Source of the DNA: Phycisphaerae bacterium
GTDB lineage: Bacteria; Planctomycetota; Phycisphaerae; UBA1845
Length of the DNA stretch: 64,000 nucleotides
NCBI GenBank assembly: GCA_963666835.2
Contig: CAXXGO010000003.1
Coordinates: 32,001-96,000, forward strand
Reading direction: 5' to 3'
Below the pieces are notes generated by a model, which ran no database searches, was not told where the DNA came from, and saw only the letters and a program-made list of their open reading frames with translations. The translations under genes and the position numbers were made by a program. Of this stretch, positions 28,926 through 37,917 are shown in pieces (the stretch's first letter is position 1; every line of letters begins with the position of its first letter).

Positions 28926-29007
28926 TGAAAAAGGGGACTGGCTCCGAGCCGTTTCCCACTTACGGTATCAAGGGACGCCTTGGGCGAGGTGCCTCTGCCC
29001 TTTTTCA
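28926..29007. repeat. MITE/REP-like element of about 82 bp
   Basis: Perfect 10-bp terminal inverted repeat TGAAAAAGGG...CCCTTTTTCA, extending imperfectly (GGGGACTGGCTCC / GGTGCCTCTGCCC). Confidence 0.6.
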
Positions 29008-29062
29008 ACGGACTGGCAGGGGACGGATGGACTGAGCGGTATCAATCAACGGAGGAGCGGAA

Positions 29063-30622
29063 GTGAAGAAGGCAGGATCGTCTTTGTGGTTTGCCGGTCT
29101 GGTAGTTGTGCTGCCGGCAATGTTGTCGGCATCGGTCTGGGCGCAGTGCGAAACGGCCAAGGTAGCCGCCGCCGATGGTGCGGGCGGAGACAGGTTTGGT
29201 TGGGCGACGGCGATCGATGGGGATGACATGGTCGTCGGGGCTTATCGGGCACCTTCGGGCGGCGTCAGTCGGGCCGGTAGGGCTTACATCTACCACCACA
29301 ATGGGATGGAGTGGGAGGAGGCCCAGGAGTTGACTCTGCCGTCTGCGTCGGTGCAACGGGAGGCCGAGTACGGTTATTCGGTGGTGATAGACGGAGACCT
29401 GGCGGTAATCGGCACGCGGTGCCGCGACGGAGGTGGCGTTGTCGAGACGGGTGCCGCGGTTGTATGGCGAAGGGATGTTGACACCGGCGAATGGGTCTAC
29501 GAGGCGGAGCTATGGCCGGCCGACAGCGCAACGTTCGACAAGTGCGGATCGGCTGTTGGCGTAGGGGTCTCGGGGGGCGAAGAATGGGTCGTAGTGGGTT
29601 GCCCGGGGCGTGATGATACGGACATGAACGCCGGGGCGGTGGCGGTCTTTCGGTTCAACCGGGGAATGAACCGTTGGGAGGAGGACGCGATTCTGACCGC
29701 GAGTGACGGCCGGTACGCCGACGGCTTCGGCGAAGAGATTGCTATTGATGGTGACTTGATAGTGGTGGGCGTGCCGTCAGCCGACCCTGGCGCAGTTGGT
29801 GCGGGCGCCGTATACGCCTATCGCCGCGACAGCGGGAACAATTGGATTGAGATGGGGAAGCTGGTCGCGTTGAATGCGGACGGCAGCAGCGACGCCCAGT
29901 CGGGCGCTCGGTTCGGGGTGAGTGTGTCCACAAGGGACGGCCGGATCGTTTGCGGGGCGGACGGCTACGACACGCAGGAGCGCGATGAGGGGGCGGCGTA
30001 TGTGTTTGTGCTCAACGAGGAGGATGCCTGGGAGATTGAGGGTCGGTTTCTTGCATCGGATCCGGCTCTCAGTGATTGGTTTGGGGAGTCCGTGTCGATT
30101 GCCGGGACACAGATTGGGATAGGGGCGTACAACGTAGATTATCCGGGTGCCGCGGACTCCGGTGCGGTATACCTCTTCGATCTCGTAGCTGATGAATGGG
30201 TCGAGAATTCCAAGATGTGTATTGCCGAGCCGGAGGGTCTTTCGTATCTGGGATACAGTTTATCGCTCGACGGCGGGTATCTGGCCGCCGGGGCATACCG
30301 GGATAACGGATATACCGGGTCGGTCAGCGTTTTCGCAACCACGCCGGGCGAGGATTGTGACGGCAGCGGGGTGCATGACGATTGTGAGTACTTTGCGGGA
30401 ATCCTCGTCGATGACAGCGGCAACGGTTACTCGGATGTGTGTGACTGCACCGACGGTGATGCTGATAGAGACGCTCGTGTCGATCTGCGGGACTTCGCGG
30501 CGTACCAAGCCTGCGTGGGGAAGGCCGGAGTTGACGGCTGCCGGTGTGTGGACATGGACGATGCCGACGGCGTGGATCTGACTGATTTTACGTACTTTGA
30601 GGACGCGATCACCGGCCCGTAG
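29063..30622 (+). CDS. Secreted FG-GAP beta-propeller / dockerin-like protein, paralog 3 (no Cys-rich stalk)
   Basis: Signal peptide ending SVWA/QCETAK; FG-GAP repeats; DC.G..V.DDCE linker joined directly to the dockerin-like tail ending ITGP. Confidence 0.85.
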   Translation: MKKAGSSLWFAGLVVVLPAMLSASVWAQCETAKVAAADGAGGDRFGWATAIDGDDMVVGAYRAPSGGVSRAGRAYIYHHNGMEWEEAQELTLPSASVQREAEYGYSVVIDGDLAVIGTRCRDGGGVVETGAAVVWRRDVDTGEWVYEAELWPADSATFDKCGSAVGVGVSGGEEWVVVGCPGRDDTDMNAGAVAVFRFNRGMNRWEEDAILTASDGRYADGFGEEIAIDGDLIVVGVPSADPGAVGAGAVYAYRRDSGNNWIEMGKLVALNADGSSDAQSGARFGVSVSTRDGRIVCGADGYDTQERDEGAAYVFVLNEEDAWEIEGRFLASDPALSDWFGESVSIAGTQIGIGAYNVDYPGAADSGAVYLFDLVADEWVENSKMCIAEPEGLSYLGYSLSLDGGYLAAGAYRDNGYTGSVSVFATTPGEDCDGSGVHDDCEYFAGILVDDSGNGYSDVCDCTDGDADRDARVDLRDFAAYQACVGKAGVDGCRCVDMDDADGVDLTDFTYFEDAITGP

Positions 30623-30645
30623 ATGGGCCTGGCAGGTTTCAGCGA

Positions 30646-33465
30646 ATGAAGGGTGAACCACAAGATCGTCTGCGCACGCTCTTTGATGCTGCGTGTCGTC
30701 TCACGGAGCAGAAGCGGCAGCAGTATCTGGATTGCGAGTGCGGGGACGATGTGGAACTTCGCCGGCGGTTGGAGTCGCTGCTGGATTCCGATCAGCGGGA
30801 GGGAGGGGTCCTCGATCGTCCGCTGCTGACTAGCGGGCAGTGGAATACGCTCATTAACGACGTCATGTCGAAATGGCAGGCGAACGTCCCGGAGCAGCTT
30901 GGCCGGTATCGGGTGGTACGGGAGATCGGTAGCGGGAGTATGGGGACGGTCTTCGAGGCCGAACTGGAGAACCCGCCGCGGTCGGTGGCGATCAAGGTGC
31001 TGCGGCCGGGCGTGTCCACCACGGGCATGCTCCAGCGTTTTCAGTTCGAGGCGAGCGTTCTGCGATCGCTGGATCATCCGTGTGTAGCGCGTTTCTACGA
31101 AGCCGGTACGACCGACACGGGGCACGGGCCGCAGCCGTTCTTTGCCATGGAAATGGTCGAAGGTCGGCCGTTAACCGATTTCGCGCGTGAGCAGGGTCTT
31201 TCGATCCGCGAGCGGGTGGAGCTGATGGCTCAGGTTTGCGATGCGGTTCATCATGCGCATACCAAGGGGGTGATTCACCGAGACCTCAAACCCGGCAATA
31301 TTCTAGTGGACCCCGCGGGGAGGCCGCGAGTGCTCGATTTCGGAGTAGCCCGCGCGGTGGATACGGGCTCTTCGGCGTGGAAGGACAACACGGTTACGGG
31401 GCAGTTGATCGGTACTCTACGGTATATGAGCCCCGAGCAGGCCGCCGGGGCATCCGGTGAGATCGATACGCGTTGTGACATATATGCCCTCGGCGTAATC
31501 GGCTTTGAGTTGTTGGGCGAACATCCGCCGTATGAGACCGCCAACGTCCCGTTGCCGGAGGCGGTTCGCACAATCCGGGAGATTCCACCGGCACGGTTGG
31601 GCACGTACTCGCCGGCCTGTCGAGGCGATGTCGAGACGATTATTGGAAAGGCCCTGGAGAAGGACAAGGACCAGCGTTATCAGGCAGCGTCCGACCTGGC
31701 CGCCGATCTTCGGCGTTTTCTTCGGCATGAGCCGATCGTAGCGCGGCCGCCGAGCGTTCTTTATCAACTCGGCAAATACGCTCGTCGCAACAAGGCCTGG
31801 TTTACGGGGGTGGTGGCCGTCCTGGCGTGCATTGCCTTGGGAGTAGCCGGTACGGCGTACGGGCTGGTCAAGGCTGTGGGTCAACGACGCGTGGCCGAGA
31901 CCCGCCGGGTCGATGCCGAGCTGGCCCGCGGGGAGGCGGAGCGGCAACGCTTGATCGCCGAGCAGCGGCTGGGTGATGCCGAGCAGGCGCGGGCCGAGTC
32001 CGAGGCTGTCACTACGTTGATGGAAAGCCTGCTGCGTTCGGTTGATCCCGACGAGCTGGGGCGGGAGGTGTTGGTTCTTGACGTCCTCAACCAGGCCTCT
32101 GCGACGATTGGCGAGGAGCTGACGGATCGGCCGCTGGTGGAGGCTCGCCTCCGGGAGAACCTGGGGAGCGCGTATCAGACTATTGGCGAGCATACGTTGG
32201 CTTTCGCCGAGTCTACGCGGGCTGTGAAGCTCCGGACCGAGGAGCTGGGAGATTCCCATCCGCAGACCCTCAGTGCCATGAGGAATGCGGCGACGGCTTA
32301 TGGCATGTCCGGTCATTACGCGGCGGCGGCAAAGCAGCTTGAAGAGGTCCTGGAGGCTCAGAAGAAGATCATCGGTGATGAGCATGTAGAGACCCTCTCC
32401 ACGATGAATAACCTCGGTACGGTGAACCTCGAGCTCGGTCGGTATGACGAAGCCGAGCGGCTGTATGAGTCGGTACTCGCCGGCCGCAGACGCGTATTGG
32501 GGGATGAGCATCCAAATACGTTGTCGTCCATGGCGAATGTGGGCTACGTTTATTCTTCGCTGGGGCAATACGAGCGGGCCGAGTCGGCGTTTCTTCGGGC
32601 TTTGGAGATCTCCCGACGTGTTCGGGGCGAGCAGCATCCCCAGACACTTGAGATCCTCCAGGGATTGGCGCTTACGTATCAAACTGAGGGACGTTACGAG
32701 GATGCTGAGCGGATCTACCTTGATTTGTTGGATGGTCGGCGGCGCGCTTTCGGCGAACGTGACCGAGTTGTCGCGAATCTGCTTAATGATCTTGCGGAGA
32801 TCTACCGGGCAACGGGGCGTTTCGACAAGGCCGAAGCACACTACACCGAGGCGATTCGGATCGAGAACGAACTTTTTGGGCCGGAGAACTTCCTGACTCT
32901 CATGACCGTATACAATCAGGCGCTTATGTACCAAGAGCAGGGTAGGATAGCCGAGGCCAAGAACGCATACGTCAGTTTGCTTCCGGTTCTCCGGCGCGTC
33001 CGTGGCGAGGAACATCGTACAACGCAGAAGTGCGTGAATAATCTCGCTGCAATACTCATGGAGGAGGGCGCCTATGCGGAGGCGGAGCCGCTCTTTCGTA
33101 GTTCCATTGATTTCCTAACTCGATCACAGAAGCCGACGCATTCGACAGTGCTGGCCGCACGCAGTAACCTCGGCGATCTGTGTCGCAAGATGGGCCGCTT
33201 GGATGAAGCCCGGCAGATCCTCAACGAGGTCGTAGATGCCGCGCGAAGAACGCTGCCGGCGCGGCATTGGTTTATCGGGGTCTTCCTGGTCAAGTACGGT
33301 CGGTGCCTGGTGGATCTCGGGGAGTTTGAAGAGGCGGAGGATGTGCTGGTGGAGGGCCGGGATGTCCTCTTGGAAGCATTCGGTCCCGATCATCAACGCA
33401 CGGTTGATGCGGAACTGGCGCTTCGCGATCTGGCTCTGGCGCGGACGGGTTCGGAGCCCCCGTAA
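30646..33465 (+). CDS. Hanks-type Ser/Thr protein kinase with TM segment and TPR repeats
   Basis: IGSGSMGTVF, VAIKV, HRDLKPGN, DFG, YMSPEQ; hydrophobic segment AWFTGVVAVLACIALGVAGTAYGLV; about 42-aa kinesin-light-chain-type TPRs (LGDEHPNTL..M.N). Confidence 0.93.
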   Translation: MKGEPQDRLRTLFDAACRLTEQKRQQYLDCECGDDVELRRRLESLLDSDQREGGVLDRPLLTSGQWNTLINDVMSKWQANVPEQLGRYRVVREIGSGSMGTVFEAELENPPRSVAIKVLRPGVSTTGMLQRFQFEASVLRSLDHPCVARFYEAGTTDTGHGPQPFFAMEMVEGRPLTDFAREQGLSIRERVELMAQVCDAVHHAHTKGVIHRDLKPGNILVDPAGRPRVLDFGVARAVDTGSSAWKDNTVTGQLIGTLRYMSPEQAAGASGEIDTRCDIYALGVIGFELLGEHPPYETANVPLPEAVRTIREIPPARLGTYSPACRGDVETIIGKALEKDKDQRYQAASDLAADLRRFLRHEPIVARPPSVLYQLGKYARRNKAWFTGVVAVLACIALGVAGTAYGLVKAVGQRRVAETRRVDAELARGEAERQRLIAEQRLGDAEQARAESEAVTTLMESLLRSVDPDELGREVLVLDVLNQASATIGEELTDRPLVEARLRENLGSAYQTIGEHTLAFAESTRAVKLRTEELGDSHPQTLSAMRNAATAYGMSGHYAAAAKQLEEVLEAQKKIIGDEHVETLSTMNNLGTVNLELGRYDEAERLYESVLAGRRRVLGDEHPNTLSSMANVGYVYSSLGQYERAESAFLRALEISRRVRGEQHPQTLEILQGLALTYQTEGRYEDAERIYLDLLDGRRRAFGERDRVVANLLNDLAEIYRATGRFDKAEAHYTEAIRIENELFGPENFLTLMTVYNQALMYQEQGRIAEAKNAYVSLLPVLRRVRGEEHRTTQKCVNNLAAILMEEGAYAEAEPLFRSSIDFLTRSQKPTHSTVLAARSNLGDLCRKMGRLDEARQILNEVVDAARRTLPARHWFIGVFLVKYGRCLVDLGEFEEAEDVLVEGRDVLLEAFGPDHQRTVDAELALRDLALARTGSEPP

Positions 33466-33607
33466 CGCAGGCTTCCAGCCTACCCCCGGTAGCACAGGCT
33501 TCCAGCCTACCCCCGGTAGCACAGGCTTCCAGCCTACCCCCGGTAGCACAGGCTTCCAGCCTGCCCCTTTGGATGAGCCCCCGCGTAACGCAGGCTTCCA
33601 GCCTGCC
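33462..33607. repeat. REP-like 27-bp tandem array (5 hairpin copies) between convergent genes
   Basis: Unit CAGGCTTCCAGCCTACCCCCGGTAGCA starts at 33468, 33495 and 33522, with a partial unit at 33549 and a fifth core at 33591. Core AGGCT-TCC-AGCCT is preceded by GTAGCAC or GTAACGC. Confidence 0.9.
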
Positions 33608-33622
33608 TTTTCGGAACCGGCG

Positions 33623-35662
33623 TCAGTGACGCTCTCCACGCTTGCCTTTACCCGCTCGTTTTGCCGGGGATTTCGCGGCGCTTTGGACCATTAGCTCGGG
33701 CATCCCCTTCAGTTCTTTTATGCGATCGCGAAGCTGTGCGGCTCTCTCGAACTCGAGAGCCTCGGCTGCCGTAAGCATGTCCTTCTCCAGCATCGCAATC
33801 AGCTCAGTGCGGTCCAGCTCCTCTTCAGAGGCTTGAATCGCGGCGGCCGCGACCTTGTGGGCGGCGACCGTGTCTTCGAGGCTCGAACGAATCGCCTTGG
33901 TGATAGTCTCCGGTGTGATCCCGTGCTCTTCGTTGTAGCTGATCTGCAGCTTGCGCCGCCGGTTGGTCTCATCGATGGCACGCTGCATGCTCCCGGTAAT
34001 CTTGTCGCCGTAGAGTTTAACCTCCGCGTTAACATTGCGGGCGGTGCGGCCGATGGTCTGAACGAGCGAGGTTTCGCTCCGGAGGAACCCCTCCTTATCG
34101 GCGTCAAGAATACAAACCAAAGACACTTCCGGCAGATCGAGCCCCTCGCGCAAAAGGTTGACCCCGACGAGTACGTCGAACTTCCCCTCGCGTAGTTCGT
34201 TGAGGATCGTAACCCGTTCGAGGGTGTCGATGTCACTGTGCAGATATCGCCCGCGCAGCCCCTCCTGTTCGATAAACGCCGATAGGTCCTCCGCCAGGCG
34301 CTTGGTAAGCGTCGTGACCAGCACGCGCTCTCCGACTGCCGCGCGTTCGGCAATGCGGCGGAGGATGTCGGGTACTTGGCCGCGTGCCGGAAGTACCTCG
34401 ATCGGTGGATCGATCAGCCCGGTGGGGCGGATGATCTGCTCGACGATTTCTCCACCGCACTTCTCCAGTTCGTACGGTCCGGGAGTGGCGGACACGTAGA
34501 CAACCTGGTCCCACATGCTCTCGAACTCCTCCAGGCGCATGGGGCGATTGTCCAGGCAGCTCGGGAGGCGAAAACCGTGGTCGACCAGAGTCTCCTTTCG
34601 AGCCCGGTCTCCGGCGTGCATCGCCCGCAGTTGGGGGATGGTTGCGTGCGATTCGTCAATAACCAACAGGAATTCTCTCGGGAAGTAGTCCACCAGGGTG
34701 TACGGCTTCGCTCCCGGCGCGGTGCCGTTGAGGTGCCGGGAGTAGTTTTCTATTCCGGAACAGTACCCCACCTCGCGGAGCATCTCGACGTCGTACTTCG
34801 TTCTGGCGAGCAGCCGCTGGGCTTCGAGGAGCTTGCCGTGACGACGGAGTTCCATCACCCGCAGGTCGAGTTCCTCCAAAATACTCGTGGTGGCGCGCGC
34901 AACTCGATCCTCGGGCATTACGTAGTGTACGGCCGGGTAGATGAACACCTTCTCCGCCCGACCGAGTGTCTCGACGGTCAGAGGGTTAATCGTCTCCAGT
35001 TTCTCGATCTCGTCACCGAACATCTCGATCCGATAGGCAAACTGCTCGTAGGCCGGGTATAGCTCAACCACGTCGCCGCGCACTCGAAACGTGCCGCGAT
35101 CGAAGTCGAGGTCATTGCGGTTGTATTGCAGGTCCACGAAGCGTTTGAGCAACTCGTCCCGATCGATGCACTGCCCGGGCTCCAGTACGACCACGCTGGC
35201 CTTGTAGTCCTCCGGTGAGCCGAGACCGAAGATGCACGACACGCTGGCCACGACGATTGCGTCGGCGCGGGATACCAGGGAGCTGGTGGTGCTGAGCCGC
35301 AGGCGGTCGAGGTCGTCATTGCGAGAGGCGTCCTTTTCGATGTAGATGTCCCTTTGCGGGATGTACGCCTCCGGCTGATAGTAGTCGTAGTAGCTGACGA
35401 AGTACTCGACGGCATTCTTAGGAAACAGCCCCCGAAACTCCTCGTAGAGCTGGGCCGCCAGGGTTTTGTTGTGCGAGACCACCAGCACCGGCTTGTTCAC
35501 CGCGGTGAGAACCTGAGCGATGGTGAAGGTCTTGCCGGATCCGGTCACCCCGAGCAAGCACTGCTGCTTTACACCGTCGCGGAACCCGGCCGTGAGCTTT
35601 TCGATCGCGGCCGGCTGGTCGCCGCTGGGCTCAAATGGGCTGACAAGCTCGAAATGGTCCAA
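33623..35662 (-). CDS. uvrB: Excinuclease ABC subunit B
   Basis: [55 protein letters not shown]-terminal UVR domain ([11 protein letters not shown]). TTG start after GGAG. Confidence 0.98.
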   Translation of the reverse strand: MDHFELVSPFEPSGDQPAAIEKLTAGFRDGVKQQCLLGVTGSGKTFTIAQVLTAVNKPVLVVSHNKTLAAQLYEEFRGLFPKNAVEYFVSYYDYYQPEAYIPQRDIYIEKDASRNDDLDRLRLSTTSSLVSRADAIVVASVSCIFGLGSPEDYKASVVVLEPGQCIDRDELLKRFVDLQYNRNDLDFDRGTFRVRGDVVELYPAYEQFAYRIEMFGDEIEKLETINPLTVETLGRAEKVFIYPAVHYVMPEDRVARATTSILEELDLRVMELRRHGKLLEAQRLLARTKYDVEMLREVGYCSGIENYSRHLNGTAPGAKPYTLVDYFPREFLLVIDESHATIPQLRAMHAGDRARKETLVDHGFRLPSCLDNRPMRLEEFESMWDQVVYVSATPGPYELEKCGGEIVEQIIRPTGLIDPPIEVLPARGQVPDILRRIAERAAVGERVLVTTLTKRLAEDLSAFIEQEGLRGRYLHSDIDTLERVTILNELREGKFDVLVGVNLLREGLDLPEVSLVCILDADKEGFLRSETSLVQTIGRTARNVNAEVKLYGDKITGSMQRAIDETNRRRKLQISYNEEHGITPETITKAIRSSLEDTVAAHKVAAAAIQASEEELDRTELIAMLEKDMLTAAEALEFERAAQLRDRIKELKGMPELMVQSAAKSPAKRAGKGKRGERH

Positions 35663-35820
35663 CTTCTCGCTCCAAAGCAATCGCACCGAGCAAACCGCCC
35701 CATGCTAACCACCGGTGGTGGGCACCTCAATCCAGGCCGGCATACTCTCGCCGAGCGGATCGAGCTTGACCCTCTATAATGTCTACCGTTCAATACGGGC
35801 ACATCCCGGAGAGTACTGTG

Positions 35821-36093
35821 ATGGATGAGGGCTCGCACGACGACGGCTGCCTGGTGTTGACGGAAGAGCACCGCATGCTTCTGCGAATGCGCGAGACGCT
35901 CTACGAGGGTAGCTGGGAGGACTTCATTCTCGATTTGCGCGCTCGTTTCGATGGTCGTCCGCACGTCTTCGAGACCCTGCCGGATTCCCCGGGAATGAAG
36001 CCCACGATCAGCCGTCACTTGGATCTGATCGCACAGATGCAGCGCTGGGAGGCTGATCGGGGCAGGACGCTCCGATGCGATGATGAGCTCTGA
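35821..36093 (+). CDS. Small hypothetical protein (about 90 aa)
   Basis: ATG 35821 follows GGAGAG; TATAAT at 35775; helical core LYEGSWEDFILDLRAR. Alternative start at 35779. Confidence 0.65.
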   Translation: MDEGSHDDGCLVLTEEHRMLLRMRETLYEGSWEDFILDLRARFDGRPHVFETLPDSPGMKPTISRHLDLIAQMQRWEADRGRTLRCDDEL

Positions 36094-36511
36094 GCATCCG
36101 GCGATCTCGGGGCGCGCTGAACCTGCGAGTTCGGTGCCAGGTGCGCGTTTGAGCCTTCTTGCGGGCGTGATAGCCCATTACCGTTCGAGAAGCAGGCGGG
36201 CGGTGGTGCCGAGAGCGGTGCTCGCTGCGATGCCGAGAGGCTCGGGAGGTGTTCGGATCGCTTGACGAGATCATCCGGTTCCCGTCAAATACAGTGTCGA
36301 CGTCCGCCGTTGAGGCCGCCGCGAATACAGGCGAGTCTGTGGCTCGGAGCGAAGTCGAATTAGCGGGGCGCGCTGGTTGGGGCGGCATCGCCGCATGGTA
36401 TCGATCTGCCCGGACCCCGCCTTACGGGGGAGGCGGATTACTTGAGGTGATTCCGTTCTTTGAGCGGCGATCTCCAAGGAAACTGTCCGTGTGCTGAGGG
36501 AGCTATTGTCG

Positions 36512-37783
36512 ATGAATCTCAAACTTGCGGCCGTCGTTATCCTGGGGGTGTCGATCATCAGTGCCGGATCTCCGGCGGGCGGTGAGCTTGTCGACTCGGC
36601 GGCCATGACTCAGGCGGGTTTGACCCAGTATTGGGATGCCCGGCTCCCGTTGCCTTCCGGAGATAGGGTCAAAGAGGCTTTTCTTGTTGATGATTCACTG
36701 TACGTCACTACCGTAGAAGGGATGCTTTTTTCGGTCCAAGCGGATGTTGGTCTGATTCGCTGGGCAGAGAAGTTGGCTCCGCCGGATTGTCCGATCGGCA
36801 GACCCGCCCACGCATTAGGTCTGGACGGGAAGGGGCCGGTGATCGTCCCCGTAGCCGAGAAGATCAAGATCCTCGATCGGTTTACCGGGCGGGAGGTTCG
36901 CGAGATTGCACCGCGGTTCTCGCGAAGCAGTGCGGCCGTCGGTTTCGGCAAGCTTATGTTCCTGGGCGGGTCGGACGGCCACGTTCACGCGATTATCTGG
37001 GATGTGCCGGAGGGCGTTGTTCCGCTCGAGCATTGGGTGGTCGATGCCGGTGGGGTGGTGGCGGCTACTCCGCTGCTCTACGGGGCGGGTAAACTCGCCT
37101 TCGCGACCGTTTCCGGAAGAGTGTACTCCTGTTTTGCGTTGGACAAGGCGTTCGACTGGGCGTTTACCGCAGGCGGGAGCATAACAAGCGAACCGGTGGC
37201 GGATGACCGGGGGGTCTATGTGGCCAGTCTTGATCGCTCCTTGTACAAGTTGGATTCAGACACCGGACGGTTGGTGTGGCGTGTGCGAATGTCCAGTCCG
37301 CTGTCGATCGCTCCGGTGCTTGCGTCTCAGGTCGCGTATCAGTTCTGTTCGGGCGAAGGTGTGGTTGCCGTCGACGCCAACACTGGATCGGTGAAGTGGC
37401 GAAACGGGGCGGCGGTTTCCTTCGTGGCCGATAGTGGGGGGAGCGTAGTGCTGTCCGCCGCCGACGGAGCTCTGTTGGTGGTGGGCCGAGATGGCGGCAA
37501 GTTAACCGGTACGGTGGCGACTTACGGTGTGGCGGATATTGTGGCGAACGCACAGGGTGATTCGGTTATCGTGCTCGGTTCGGATGGCTACATTCTGTGT
37601 GCCCGGCCGGAAGGCGTTCCGTACCTCCACCCCGAACGGGTGTCGGCGGAGAAAGCTCGTTTGAACGTGCCTCCTCGAGATGCGGATGACGTGGAGGGTG
37701 AATGGGCGCCGAGTACCGCCCCGAACGTTGACCCGCTGGACGACGACCCCCTGCGGAGCCGACGTGATCTCGAGGGTCGCTGA
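36512..37783 (+). CDS. PQQ-like beta-propeller repeat protein (BamB-like)
   Basis: Signal peptide; repeats VYVASLDRSLYKLDSDTGRLVW and VVAVDANTGSVKW. Confidence 0.8.
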   Translation: MNLKLAAVVILGVSIISAGSPAGGELVDSAAMTQAGLTQYWDARLPLPSGDRVKEAFLVDDSLYVTTVEGMLFSVQADVGLIRWAEKLAPPDCPIGRPAHALGLDGKGPVIVPVAEKIKILDRFTGREVREIAPRFSRSSAAVGFGKLMFLGGSDGHVHAIIWDVPEGVVPLEHWVVDAGGVVAATPLLYGAGKLAFATVSGRVYSCFALDKAFDWAFTAGGSITSEPVADDRGVYVASLDRSLYKLDSDTGRLVWRVRMSSPLSIAPVLASQVAYQFCSGEGVVAVDANTGSVKWRNGAAVSFVADSGGSVVLSAADGALLVVGRDGGKLTGTVATYGVADIVANAQGDSVIVLGSDGYILCARPEGVPYLHPERVSAEKARLNVPPRDADDVEGEWAPSTAPNVDPLDDDPLRSRRDLEGR

Positions 37784-37917
37784 CTGTCGTACGCTCGGAC
37801 GCCGGCGCGGTCCGGCCCGGGATTCAGTCTCACCATGAAGGTTCGGATTGGCTCGCGGCCACCGGCTTCGGCTATTTTTCAGGTCCACTACCCTTACAGT
37901 GAAGGTGTGTCACCAAT

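Noticed and set aside
33462..33607. CRISPR array
   Set aside because: The repeats are contiguous 27-bp units with identical intervening sequence, no unique spacers and no cas genes.
33124..33639. ORF with GWKPVLPGV peptide repeats
   Set aside because: Translation of the REP array overlapping the kinase and uvrB ends.
36262..36288. Inverted repeat TTGACG-N15-CGTCAA
   Set aside because: Only 6-bp arms and no properly spaced -10 box; could be chance.
37784..37917. ZTP (pfl) riboswitch upstream of purH
   Set aside because: The conserved GACUGGCG and CGCCUGGG elements were not found.
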